A stretch of 44,739 nucleotides of DNA, filler included, from an uncultured virus (IMG/VR IMGVR_UViG_2049941000_000871) (12 parts of one record of this genome joined end to end with filler, not necessarily neighbours in it); one strand, 5' to 3'; positions 17,668-28,424 are shown, counted from the first letter of the whole stretch. The notes: generated by a model not told the origin, from the sequence alone. Made by a program: numbers and translations.

Positions 17668-17765
17668 GGAGGGAAATATTTTTTGAAAAAGATTGCCGAT
17701 GGCGTGTCGCTATAAAAAGGAAGCGATTCGTCACCGGCATTTTTTATGAAAGAAATATGTAGGCT

Positions 17766-17800
17766 GACCGGAAAATTCATGCTGCAGGGCGCTTAGGAAG
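17766..17800 (+). promoter_or_regulatory. Bipartite motif GACCGGAAAA-N14-CGCTTAGGAAG, rightward copy
   Basis: Lies upstream of the primase gene. Spacer sequence differs from the left copy but has the same length. Confidence 0.75.
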
Positions 17801-17847
17801 TTAGGAGGACTCTATGTCCTTACTTTTTAAGAAAAGAGGTTTGAAGT

Positions 17848-19472
17848 ATGCAGATAACCATGTTTACAGCAGACTGCACCGGGCAGGCCGCTAACTGCAG
17901 CTATCCGAACCGGAGGATGGTGACCACGCCGGAGGAAATGCAGGAAGCGGTCCGGTTCGATCATGTCTGCGCTGAGTACAAAGGGAATTATCGAAGCATC
18001 GGAAACTTTGCCAGGTCGGATGTGGTGGTGATGGATATTGATAATGACCACACTGAGGATCCGGCAGAGTGGATCACACCGGAAAAGCTGGATCAGATGC
18101 TGCCGGATATTTCCTATGTAATTGCCTTCAGCCGTAACCACATGAAGGTGAAGGACGGCAAAGCAGCAAGACCGAAGTTCCATGTGTATTTCCAGATTAC
18201 AGAGACATCGGATGCAGGCTGGTACGCAGCGCTTAAGAAAGGAATCAAGAAACGCTTTGATTTCTTCGATGGAAATGCGTTGGATGCTGCAAGGTTCATA
18301 TTCGGATCGGATGCCGGTGAGGTGGTCTGGCATGAAGGCTGGATGACCATCGATGAAGAAGTCGAACCGGACTATGAAGAAACGGAAAGCAAAGATCCTG
18401 GTGTCAGTTCAGGACCAATCCTGGAAGGCAGCAGAAATAATACAATGAGCCGCTTTGCGGGAAGAGTTCTGAAGAAGTACGGAGTGACAGACAGAGCAAG
18501 GGAGGCGTTTGAACTTCACGCGAGAAGATGTGATCCGCCGCTTCCGGAGGATGAGCTGAATACGATCTGGAACAGTGCAGTGAAGTTCTACAAAAACACG
18601 GTCTGCACACAGCCGGGATATGTAGAGCCGGATGAGTATAATTCGGAATTCGACTCCCTGAAGCCAGAGGACTTTTCCGACATGGGAGAGGCAAAGGCCT
18701 TGATCAAGGAATACCGTGATGAACTTCTGTATACAGATGCAACACAGTTCTTAAGTTATGACGGCATGTGCTGGAGAGAGAACCGGCAGAAGGCTGTTGG
18801 AGCAGTCGAGGAATTCCTGGATATGCAGCTGGTGGAGTCGGGAGATCAGTTTGAGACTGCGGTGGCACATATGCTGGCCGTGGATCCGTCATTGGATGAG
18901 ATTACGGTTCGGAAGGGTGGAAGAGCTCTGGAGAAATTGATCACGCCACAGAACGCGGAAGCCTTCGGTGAGCTACAGACTGCACGAGCCTATTACGGGT
19001 TCGTTATGAAGTATCGGAACTATAAGCATATCGCGGATACGCAGAACACAGCGAAGCCGATGGTGGCAACGGACATCAACCTGTTCGATGCTCAGGAAGA
19101 TTACCTGAATACACCCGGTGGTACCTATGATCTGGCAAAAGGCTTAAACGGGATGATGCCGCATAAAGCGACGGATCTTCTCACCAAGATAACGAATTGT
19201 GCTCCAGGCGATGAAGGCAGGCAGCTCTGGGAGGATGCGCTGCAGCTGTTCTTCTGCGGTGATCAGGATCTGATCGATTATGTGCAGATGACGGTAGGTA
19301 TGGCAGCGGTCGGGAAGGTTTATGTGGAGGCTCTCATCATTGCCTATGGTGAAGGCCGCAATGGTAAGTCTACCTTCTGGAATACGATATCCAGAGTCCT
19401 AGGGACATATTCTGGTGCGATGTCGGCAGATTCCCTTACAGCGAATTGCAGAAGGAACGTGAAGCCTGAGAT
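17848..19472 (+). CDS. P4/D5-family primase-helicase, variant A, 5' part
   Basis: Prim-pol motifs MDIDND and KFHVYF, PriCT-like EGSRNNTM...PPLPEDEL, Walker A GEGRNGKST. Confidence 0.9.
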
Positions 19473-19482
19473 NNNNNNNNNN

Positions 19483-20003
19483 TCATGTTCCGGGAGATTA
19501 CGGGTTCTGCCACCGTTCGCCTTTGTAGGCTTGCAGGGATTACAGAAGTACCGGATAAGATCTTTGCCTTCCTTCAGCTTCTGATCTTCGAGCCTGAGTA
19601 CTGCACCGACACCTTCAAGCGAAAGTGGCAAGCCCATATAAGCTGACCAGATCATGGTACATTTCCATGATGCCGGGTCCAGATACTTACTGGCAGGATC
19701 TTCCGGTATGCTGTAGCCGGTGAAGTACTCAGGGTGGTAACGCTTCAGCCAGTTGGACAGACAGATGCGCTCAAAGGACGCATTGAAAGCCCACTTGGTA
19801 ACAGTCTCATCAGAAAGTGCTGCGAGGATGTCTTCCGGGATCTCATCACCGCAGGCAAGGTCATATACATTGATCGGTTCGCCATCCACAGAGACACCGA
19901 ACAGCAGTATCTCAAAATTATCAGACTCAGCGTACTTGTATGCTCCGCATTTGGAGATATCAATGTCGCTGTAAGTCTCCAGGTCTATCGACAATTCTTT
20001 CAT
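19483..20003 (-). CDS. Family A DNA polymerase, variant B, 5' fragment
   Basis: MKELSIDLETYSDIDI..., a close homolog of the N-terminus of the gene starting at 14615. Confidence 0.88.
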
Positions 20004-20028
20004 AGGTTGTCTCCTTCGTATATGTGCT

Positions 20029-20277
20029 TTATTCTCCCGGGTCATCAAGCGGATCTATGATCACATACAGTGAGTCAAGCGGGTTGATCTTGTCCGGGAA
20101 CCACTTCAGGCGCTTTTCGACCGGGCAGTAGTCCAGGAAGTAATAGCCGCTTTCGGGTGCCAGCTCCCATGCAGAAGGCTCATTCTCCAAGTGGTCAATA
20201 AAGCGCTCAGCGTCACAGGAGCCCTTTGCAATGTATTCGTGCTTAAGCAGGGAGCCCTTCTTATAGAATCGGACTAC
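20029..20277 (-). CDS. Hypothetical protein, 3' fragment (variant B only)
   Basis: Open frame VVRFYKKGSLLKHEY...DPLDDPGE ending just before the RBS of pol variant B. Confidence 0.5.
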   Translation of the reverse strand, partial: VVRFYKKGSLLKHEYIAKGSCDAERFIDHLENEPSAWELAPESGYYFLDYCPVEKRLKWFPDKINPLDSLYVIIDPLDDPGE

Positions 20278-20287
20278 NNNNNNNNNN

Positions 20288-20484
20288 AGCTTCTGGAAAC
20301 GGAGCTCAGATTCTTTGTATTCAAGCTCATCCTTTTTCTTCTTGCGTTCGTATTCTTCCTTGTCGCGGGTCTTAGCCTGAATCATGAACTTGATCCCGAT
20401 GATCAGACCAACCAGGAAGGTTACGAGAAGACCGCAGCAGATAATGTTACCAATAAGAGTTACTACACTGTTTGCAAATTCCAT
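20288..20484 (-). CDS. Small membrane protein, variant B (3' end in gap)
   Basis: MEFANSVVTLIGNII..., homologous to 14675-14890. Confidence 0.75.
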
Positions 20485-20652
20485 GATATTTACCTTGCCT
20501 TTCTAAGTTTTTCGCAGGCAGCGGCGGTTAATCCGCCACCTGCTTTGATTGTNNNNNNNNNNNNNNNNNNNNNNNNNNNNNNNNNNNNNNNNNNNNTTAA
20601 TTAATTAANNNNNNNNNNNNNNNNNNNNNNNNNNNNNNNNNNNNNNNNNNNN

Positions 20653-22182
20653 ATGAGGAAGAAGAAAAGCCCGCTGACAGCTCAGGTCCGATTACGGCAG
20701 GGAACCGCAACAATGCGATGAGCCACTTTGCAGGGCGTGTTTTGAAGAAGTACGGGATAACGGATAAGGCAAAGGAAGCTTTCGACGAACATGCGAAACG
20801 CTGTGATCCGCCACTTGAAGAGTCAGAGCTTAACACCATTTGGAACAGCGCGGTCAGGTTCTATAAGAAGACCGTCATGACGCAGCCAGGATACATACCA
20901 CCGGATGAGTACAACGCTGAGTTCGCTTCACTTAAGCCTGATGACTTTTCAGATATAGGAGAAGCAAGAGTTCTGGTGAAAGAGTACGCCGGGGAGCTTC
21001 TTTATACGGATGCAACCGAGTTCTTGAGCTATGACGGGATCGTCTGGCGCGAGAACAGGCAGAAGGCGGTCGGTACCGTGGAAGAGTTCCTTGANNNNNN
21101 NNNNCTTGCGGCGAAGGCTTACTACGCATTCGTTATGAAATACAGAAACTACAAGAATATCGTGAATACCCAGAGTGCAGCTAAGCCGATGGTGGCAGCA
21201 GATATCAATGCATTCGATGCTCAGGAGAACTTCCTTAATACACCGGATGCAACATACGATCTGGCTAAAGGTCTTGCGGGTGCAAGATCGCATAATCCGT
21301 CAGATCTGCTTACAAAGATCACGAACGCATCTCCCGGCGATGAAGGAAAGCAGCTCTGGGATGATGCACTGCAGACCTTCTTCTGCGGCAATCAGGAACT
21401 GATCGATTATGTTCAGGAGACTGTAGGACTGTCAGCTATCGGCAAGGTCTACGAAGAAGCACTCATCATCGCATACGGCGAAGGGCGTAACGGTAAATCG
21501 ACGTTCTGGAACACAGTGTCGAGGGTACTTGGAACATACTCTGGTGCCATATCGGCAGATGCACTTACGGCAGGCTGCAGAAGGAACGTAAAGCCTGAGA
21601 TCGCAGAGCTTAAGGGCAAGCGTCTCATCATCGCGGCAGAGCTGGAAGAGGGAATGAGGCTTTCAACATCAATCCTGAAACAGCTGTGCTCCACAGACCA
21701 GATCAGGGGCGAAAAGAAGTTCAAGGATCCTTTCGACTTCACTCCGTCACATACGGTGGTGCTTTACACGAACCACCTGCCGAAGGTCGGTGCGTCAGAT
21801 GAAGGCACATGGAGAAGACTGATTGTGATCCCGTTCCATGCAAAGATCGAAGGCTTATCAGACATCAAGAATTACTCAGACTACCTTTATGAACATGCGT
21901 CACCTGCCATCATGGCCTGGATCATTGAAGGCGCAAAGCGTGTTATCGCGAATGACCACAAGACCAAGAAGCCGCAGGTCGTAGTTGATGCTATAGCGGC
22001 ATATCGCGGCATGAACGACTGGATGGGTCTCTTCTTGGAAGAGTGCTGTGATACCGGCGACGGTTTGGAGTGTAAGTCCGGAGAACTGTACGAAGAGTTC
22101 AGGGCATATTGCCTTAGAACAGGTGAGTACGCACGTACCAATGCTGACTTCGTTTTGGAGTTGGAGAAGAGAGGCTTCGACC
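20653..22182 (+). CDS. P4/D5-family primase-helicase, variant B (gapped fragment)
   Basis: AGNRNNAM, GEGRNGKST, RLIIAAE, YTNHLP, WRRLIVIPF. Confidence 0.88.
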
Positions 22183-22192
22183 NNNNNNNNNN

Positions 22193-22682
22193 GCTCTACA
22201 CGAACCATCTGCCGAAGGTCAGTGCATCCGATGACGGTACCTGGAGAAGACTGATCGTGATTCCGTTCCATGCAAAGATTGAGGGTTCGTCGGATATCAA
22301 GAATTACGCCGACTACCTTTTCAACAATGCAGGTCCGGCGGTTATGAGCTGGATTATCGAAGGTGCCAAAAAGGTTATCGAGCGTGAGTTCAAGATCGAG
22401 CCGCCGAAGGTGGTGGCGAACGCTATTGCTGAGTATCGCGGCATGAATGATTGGCTCAGTCATTTCCTGGAGGATTGCTGTGTGACCGGCGATGGCCTGG
22501 AGCAGAAGTCCGGTGATCTTTATCAGGAGTACAGGGCATATTGCCTCCGTACTGGTGAGTATGCACGCAACAATGCGGACTTCATTGCTGAGATTGAGAA
22601 GCGTGGTTTTATGCGTAAGAAGAAAAAGTCCGGTATGTGGGTGCAGGGATTGCAGCTCAAAGACACGGACTTCGCGGATTAA
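22193..22682 (+). CDS. Primase-helicase 3' fragment of the other variant
   Basis: Repeats LYTNHLPKV...WRRLIVIPFHAKIEG with divergence. Ends at the stop at 22682. Confidence 0.85.
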
Positions 22683-22847
22683 TGTGAACTGGTGCAGGAC
22701 GGAAACGGAGTTTATCTCTGTTTTCATCTTGCACTTCGGTAAACAGGTGCAGGGTATGCAGGATGTTTACATTAATACGCGTACAGGGAAAAACTTGAAA
22801 AAATTTCCTGTAGAGGGGGTTATACAGCGTCATGCACCCCCTGCACC
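22640..22847. repeat. Iteron-like GGTGCAGG repeats around an A/T-rich core (candidate replication origin)
   Basis: GGTGCAGG at 22640, 22691 and 22746, variant TATGCAGG at 22755, and inverted copies CATGCACC 22831 and CCTGCACC 22840. Confidence 0.6.
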
Positions 22848-22870
22848 CAAATTTTGATGGAGGTATAGCG

Positions 22871-23080
22871 ATGAGCTTTTACAGATGGATATTAAAGAAG
22901 CACATAAACACAATGGCACCGGTGGGCGACCTTGCGAGAGATATGAAAGAAGACAGCGAATTTCCACGTGACGGAGGGAAAAAGAAAATCCGTCAGTATC
23001 TGGAAGCCTGTCACGCCTGCAGCGGATGCATGGACGCATTTGATGAAGCGTGGGCTGAGTATGCGAGAGAAAGAAGTTGA
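22871..23080 (+). CDS. YozE/SAM-like fold small protein
   Basis: MSFYRWI...PVGDLARDMKEDSEFPR...YL...AFDEAWAEY. RBS GGAGGT. Confidence 0.75.
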   Translation: MSFYRWILKKHINTMAPVGDLARDMKEDSEFPRDGGKKKIRQYLEACHACSGCMDAFDEAWAEYARERS

Positions 23081-23342
23081 GAAAAAGCTGGTGCTGGCGG
23101 TCAAGTCCAGAGGCGGCATCTGCCCGAAGTGGGTGTCGCCGGGATTTGACGGAATGCCTGATCGGATCGTGCTTCTTCCGGGAAGACATTTTGGACTTGT
23201 GGAGGTCAAGGCTCCGGGCGAACGTCCAAGGCCTCTGCAGGTTTCACGGCATCGGCTTCTGATGAGATTAGGATTCCGGGTTTATGTACTTGATGATCCG
23301 GAGCAGATTGGAGGAATACTGGATGAAATACAATCCACATGA
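23061..23342 (+). CDS. VRR-NUC domain nuclease
   Basis: MREKEVEKKL...SPGFDGMPDRIVLLP...VEVKAPG...LQ. Confidence 0.9.
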   Translation: MREKEVEKKLVLAVKSRGGICPKWVSPGFDGMPDRIVLLPGRHFGLVEVKAPGERPRPLQVSRHRLLMRLGFRVYVLDDPEQIGGILDEIQST

Positions 23343-24699
23343 TTATCAGATATATGCGATCAACTTCATAAAGGAACATCCCATAGCGGCAATCTTGTTG
23401 GACATGGGTATGGGCAAGACCAGCATTGTACTGGCGGCGCTTAATGAGTTGATGTTTGACAGCTTTGAGGTGACAAAGGTGCTGATTATCGCACCACTTC
23501 GAGTGGCGAAGCATACCTGGTCTGCAGAAATACAGAAATGGGATCAGCTGCGTGGGCTTCGGTACTCCATAGCAGTTGGCACTGCAGCAGAGAGGATGAA
23601 AGCGCTTCAGGCGGATGCGGACATTTACATTATCAACAGAGAGAATGTTCCCTGGCTGATCGAGAAGAGCGGGCTGCCGTTTGACTACGATATGGTGGTG
23701 ATCGATGAGCTGTCATCCTTTAAGAACTGGCAGGCGAAGAGGTTCAAGGCACTGATGCAGGTTAGACCAAGGGTGAAAAGAATTGTCGGTTTGACTGGAA
23801 CGCCTTCCAGCAACGGACTCATGGATCTCTTTGCTGAATACAAGGTCTTGGATAAGGGAGAGAGACTGGGAAGGTTCATCAGCCAGTACAGGGCCGAGTA
23901 CTTTGTGCCGGATCAGACGAACGGTCCGATTGTTTACAGCTACAGGCTCAGGAAGGGTGCCGATAAGAGGATTTATGACAGGATCTCCGATATCACGATT
24001 TCCATGAAGGGAACCGATCACCTGAAGATGCCGGAACTGATCAACTCTGAATATCCGGTATATCTGGATGCGGATGAGCGTGAGAAGTATGAGGCGATGG
24101 CCAGTGACCTGGTGATCAATCTTCCGGGCGGTGAAGTAACAGCTGCCAATGCAGCGACGCTTTCCGGGAAGCTGACACAGATGGCGAACGGTGCTGTCTA
24201 TTCCGATGCCGGCGGTATCGAGTTCATTCACGATAAGAAGCTGGATGCTTTGGAGGATATCATCGAAGCGGCAAACGGCAAGAGCATTCTTGTTGCGTAC
24301 TGGTTCAAGCATGACCTGACAAGAATTGTTGAGAGGCTTGATGCCCTGGGTGTTGTTTACGGAAAGCTTGATTCAGATCAGAGCATTGAGGATTGGAATG
24401 CAGGAAGACTGGAAGTAGGGCTTATTCATCCGGCTTCTGCAGGACATGGTTTGAATCTTCAGAGCGGCGGCAATACGTTGGTGTGGTTCGGTATGATCTG
24501 GAGTCTGGAACTGTATCAGCAGACGATAGCTAGACTTTGGAGACAGGGACAGGAATCCGGAACGGTCGTGGTGCAGCATATTATTACGGCAGACACAATT
24601 GATGAGAGGATATTGAAGGCGCTGTCGCATAAAGGCGATACACAGTCCAGACTGATTGATGCCGTAAAAGCTGAGGTGAGTGCCTATGGCAGGAAGTAA
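23323..24699 (+). CDS. SNF2-family helicase
   Basis: DMGMGKT, VIDELS, LTGTP, HPASAGHGLNLQ, ARLWRQGQ. Confidence 0.92.
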   Translation: MKYNPHDYQIYAINFIKEHPIAAILLDMGMGKTSIVLAALNELMFDSFEVTKVLIIAPLRVAKHTWSAEIQKWDQLRGLRYSIAVGTAAERMKALQADADIYIINRENVPWLIEKSGLPFDYDMVVIDELSSFKNWQAKRFKALMQVRPRVKRIVGLTGTPSSNGLMDLFAEYKVLDKGERLGRFISQYRAEYFVPDQTNGPIVYSYRLRKGADKRIYDRISDITISMKGTDHLKMPELINSEYPVYLDADEREKYEAMASDLVINLPGGEVTAANAATLSGKLTQMANGAVYSDAGGIEFIHDKKLDALEDIIEAANGKSILVAYWFKHDLTRIVERLDALGVVYGKLDSDQSIEDWNAGRLEVGLIHPASAGHGLNLQSGGNTLVWFGMIWSLELYQQTIARLWRQGQESGTVVVQHIITADTIDERILKALSHKGDTQSRLIDAVKAEVSAYGRK

Positions 24700-24970
24700 G
24701 AATCTGGCTGAAGATCCATATGAACGATTGGCGAATGCCATTGTCCTGCAGGCGGTGGCCGATTACAGGGTGGCGCTGAAGAAGATCAAGGCTCATCCGA
24801 AAAATAGAGAGGCAATCAGCGAAGCCTTGGAGATTGAGAAGTTCTTCCGTTCCGGCTGGTACAGTCAGCTGACAGACGTGGACGGGGAGTATCTGATCCG
24901 GAGGCTTCAGGACGAAATAAGACAATCAGAGTCAATCCGAGGGAAGAAAAATAAATCCAATCGGAGGTAG
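24686..24970 (+). CDS. Conserved phage hypothetical protein
   Basis: DPYERLANAIVLQAVADYR...FFRSGW...VDGEYLI. GAGGTG RBS. Confidence 0.8.
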   Translation: MAGSKNLAEDPYERLANAIVLQAVADYRVALKKIKAHPKNREAISEALEIEKFFRSGWYSQLTDVDGEYLIRRLQDEIRQSESIRGKKNKSNRR

Positions 24971-24973
24971 CTT

Positions 24974-25405
24974 ATGAACAAGCATCAGGTAGCAGCTAAG
25001 AAATATTTGTCGCAGGCCTTTGGACTGAACCAGCGTATCGAGAGCAAGCTGGGGCAGATTGAAGAACTTCATGATCTGGCAACCAAAGCGACCGTGACAT
25101 ATTCGGATATGCCGAGGAATCCGAACAAGGGACATTCCCGTTTGGAAGATGCGGTGATAAAGATTATCGAACTTGAAAACGAGATCAATAAGGATATGGT
25201 GGAGCTGGTTGAACTGAAGAAGGATATTATCCGCAGGATCAAAGCTGTGGAGAGTACAGAGCTTCAGACAGTATTGGAACTCAGGTACCTGTCGTATATG
25301 AGATGGGAAGAGATTGCCATTGAACTAGGATACGGCATCGATAATGTTTTCCGACTTCACAGGAATGCCCTGGACGAAATCAAGATTCCGAAAACAATAC
25401 AGTAA
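24974..25405 (+). CDS. DUF1492 / RinA-ArpU-like late transcriptional activator
   Basis: AKKYLSQA...VLELRYL...WEEIAIELGY...LHRNAL. Positioned before HNH and terS. Confidence 0.82.
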   Translation: MNKHQVAAKKYLSQAFGLNQRIESKLGQIEELHDLATKATVTYSDMPRNPNKGHSRLEDAVIKIIELENEINKDMVELVELKKDIIRRIKAVESTELQTVLELRYLSYMRWEEIAIELGYGIDNVFRLHRNALDEIKIPKTIQ

Positions 25406-25882
25406 AATCAAGTTCGATACAGTAAGCCTATGTGATATTGNNNNNNNNNNNNNNNNNNNNNNNNNNNNNNNNNNNNNNNNNNNNNNNNNNNNNNNNNNNN
25501 NNNNNNNNNNNNNNNNNNNNNNNNNNNNNNNNNNNNNNNNNNNNNNNNNNNNNNNNNNNNNNNNNNNNNNNNNNNNNNNNNNNNNNNNNNNNNNNNNNNN
25601 NNNNNNNNNNNNNNNNNNNNNNNNNNNNNNNNNNNNNNNNNNNNNNNNNNNNNNNNNNNNNNNNNNNNNNNNNNNNNNNNNNNNNNNNNNNNNNNNNNNN
25701 NNNNNNNNNNNNNNNNNNNNNNNNNNNNNNNNNNNNNNNNNNNNNNNNNNNNNNNNNNNNNNNNNNNNNNNNNNNNNNNNNNNNNNNNNNNNNNNNNNNN
25801 NNNNNNNNNNNNNNNNNNNNNNNNNNNNNNNNNNNNNNNNNNNNNNNNNNNNNNNNNNNNNNNNNNNNNNNNNNNNNNNNNN

Positions 25883-26041
25883 GCCCGTGGAATTATCGTG
25901 CCCACTGAAGAGATACATCATAAGAAGCCTTTGAGTGAAGGTGGCACGCACGATCGTAGTAATCTGATCGCGCTGTGCAAGTCGTGTCACTCAACCATAC
26001 ACGCGAAGAGAGGGGACTATTGGGGGAACCATCGCGGGTAG
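25883..26041 (+). CDS. HNH endonuclease, 3' fragment (not in ORF track)
   Basis: Read manually: ARGIIVPTEEIHHKKPLSEGGTHDRSNLIALCKSCHSTIHAKRGDYWGNHRG*. Confidence 0.9.
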   Translation, partial: ARGIIVPTEEIHHKKPLSEGGTHDRSNLIALCKSCHSTIHAKRGDYWGNHRG

Positions 26042-26150
26042 GGGCGGGTGAAATCTCTACAGATGCGGCTCCCAGGGAACGGCGCGGGGGTCACGCGTGC
26101 AGAATCGCGAAATGAAAAGTGAAATTTGGAAGGAAGGAGGGCGATGCTCT

Positions 26151-26621
26151 ATGGCTGGAAGAAAGCCGAAGCCTACAGCAGTGAAAAAGCTGGAAGGCAA
26201 TCCGGGAAAGAGAAAACTGAACACAAAAGAACCGAATCCGGGTAAGGGAATGCCCGACTGCCCTGCATGGTTATTGCCGGAAGCGAAAACAGAATGGATC
26301 CGGTTATCGGAGAAACTGAATCAGATGGGGGTGCTGACGGAGATAGATCGGTCTGCATTTGCAGCATATTGTCAGTCCTATGCCAGATGGAAAGAGGCCC
26401 AGGAGCATATCAATTCCGAGGGCGCTACCTATGAAACGGAAAATGGTATGCAGAGACCGAATCCGTGGGTTGCGATTTGTAATACGGAACAGCGGCTGAT
26501 GATGCAGGCGGCATCCGAGTTCGGACTTACTCCGTCTGCCAGATCGAGAATCATGGCAGCATCCGGTGTCGGCAAAGACGAAGAAGATGAGATGGAGGCA
26601 TTACTTGGGGGTGAGGCTTAA
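26151..26621 (+). CDS. terS: Terminase small subunit (P27 family)
   Basis: MAGRKPKPT...LEGNPGKR...EFGLTPSARSRI. RBS AGGAGG. Confidence 0.92.
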   Translation: MAGRKPKPTAVKKLEGNPGKRKLNTKEPNPGKGMPDCPAWLLPEAKTEWIRLSEKLNQMGVLTEIDRSAFAAYCQSYARWKEAQEHINSEGATYETENGMQRPNPWVAICNTEQRLMMQAASEFGLTPSARSRIMAASGVGKDEEDEMEALLGGEA

Positions 26622-28338
26622 TGGCGGAGAGAAGACCTGCGGGTTATCCGAAGCTGAAGAATTATAAGCCGTCAAGATTTATGCTTCCGACATCTCACTA
26701 TGATAAAGCGAAGGCTGACAGGGCTGTGAAGTTCATCGAGAACCTATGCCACACTAAAGGCAAATGGGCAGGCAAGAGGTTCTGGCTGCTTCCCTGGCAG
26801 GAGCAGTTGATCCGGGACATCTTCGGAATCGTCAAACCTGATGGGTACAGGCAGTTCCGGACAGCTTTTGTAGAAATATGCAAGAAGGTAGGGAAGAGCG
26901 AATTGGCAGCAGCCGTCGCTCTTTATCTTTTATATGCAGATAATGAACCATCTGCTGAAGTCTATGGTGCTGCAGCTGACAGACAGCAGGCCAGTATCGT
27001 TTTCGATGTGGCAAGACAGATGGTTGAGATGTCGCCGGCGCTTTTGAAGCGGTCAAAGCTGATGACGGCAACAAAGAGAATAGTAAACTACGGAAATTCA
27101 GGATATTACCAGGTGCTCAGTGCAGAGGTCGGGGGTAAGCANNNNNNNNNNCATGCTTCCGACATCTCATTATGATAAAGCGAAGGCTGACAGGGCAGTA
27201 AAGTTTATTGAGAACTTGTGCCACACAAAAGGCAAATGGGCAGGCAAGAGGTTCTGGCTGCTTCCCTGGCAGGAGCANNNNNNNNNNGCAGCTGTATGAC
27301 GTTCTGACGAAGGGATCATCGGATGCCAGACAGAATCCGCTGCATTTCATTATCACCACGGCAGGTACCGACAGACATTCCATTGCGTATGAGCTTCATA
27401 CGAAGGCGGTGGATATTCTGGAAGGCCGGCGTGTGGATCCGACATTTTATCCGGTGGTCTACGGACTGAAGGATGATGAGGACTGGGAGGATGAAGCTAA
27501 CTGGTACAAGGTCAATCCTTCTCTGGGATATACGGTAGATATCGAAAGGCTCAGGGATGCATACCGGGAAGCAAAACAGAATCCGGCAGATGAAGTGACC
27601 TTCAAGTGGCTGAGGCTGAACATGTGGGTTTCAAGTACTGTTGCATGGATACCGGATGCGATATTCATGAAGGGTAATGAAGAAATAGACCTGGCTGCTC
27701 TGGAAGGCAGGGACTGTTACGGCGGTCTGGACTTATCCAGTACGGGAGATATCACGGCACTGGTGCTGATGTTTCCTCCGAGGGATGAGGATGAGAAGTA
27801 TATCCTGCTTCCGTTCTTCTGGGTACCTGAAGAAACGATACCGCAGAGAGTGAAGGCAGCTTCCGTTCCTTATGATATCTGGGAGAGGCAGGGTTATCTG
27901 TTATCGACCGATGGCAACGTGATCCACTATGACTTCATTGAGAAGTTCATCAATGATCTGGCGGAAAAATACCACATCGTCGAGATCGCAGTGGACAGAT
28001 GGAACGCCACACAGATGATCCAGAACCTGGAAGGTGATGGATTCACGATGGTTCCGTTCGGCCAGGGCTTTGCTTCAATGTCCGGACCGACGAAGGATTT
28101 TTATCGGCTGCTCATGGAAGGACAGATTATTCATGGAGGACATCCGGTTCTCAGATGGATGGCCGGCAACGTGGTAGTCGATACGGATCCTGCAGGGAAC
28201 ATTAAAGTGACGAAGGCAAAATCGAAAGAAAAGATCGACGGCATTGTGGCTGCGATCATGGCGCTTGACCGATGTATCCGCAATCAGACGGAGCCACAGG
28301 GGAGTGTTTATGATGAGCGCGGCCTGTTGGTCTTTTGA
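26621..28338 (+). CDS. terL: Terminase large subunit (gapped; 27152-27277 is a duplicate fragment from another variant)
   Basis: LLPWQ, Walker A KKVGKSEL, IITTAG, nuclease GGLDLSSTGD, KIDGIVA. Confidence 0.9.
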
Positions 28339-28424
28339 GGATAAAGCAATGTTGATTTTATCAATGATCGGCTTCCTTGTGATCAGGGAAGCCTTGAATC
28401 AGGCATATGAAGGAGGAACTGGGT

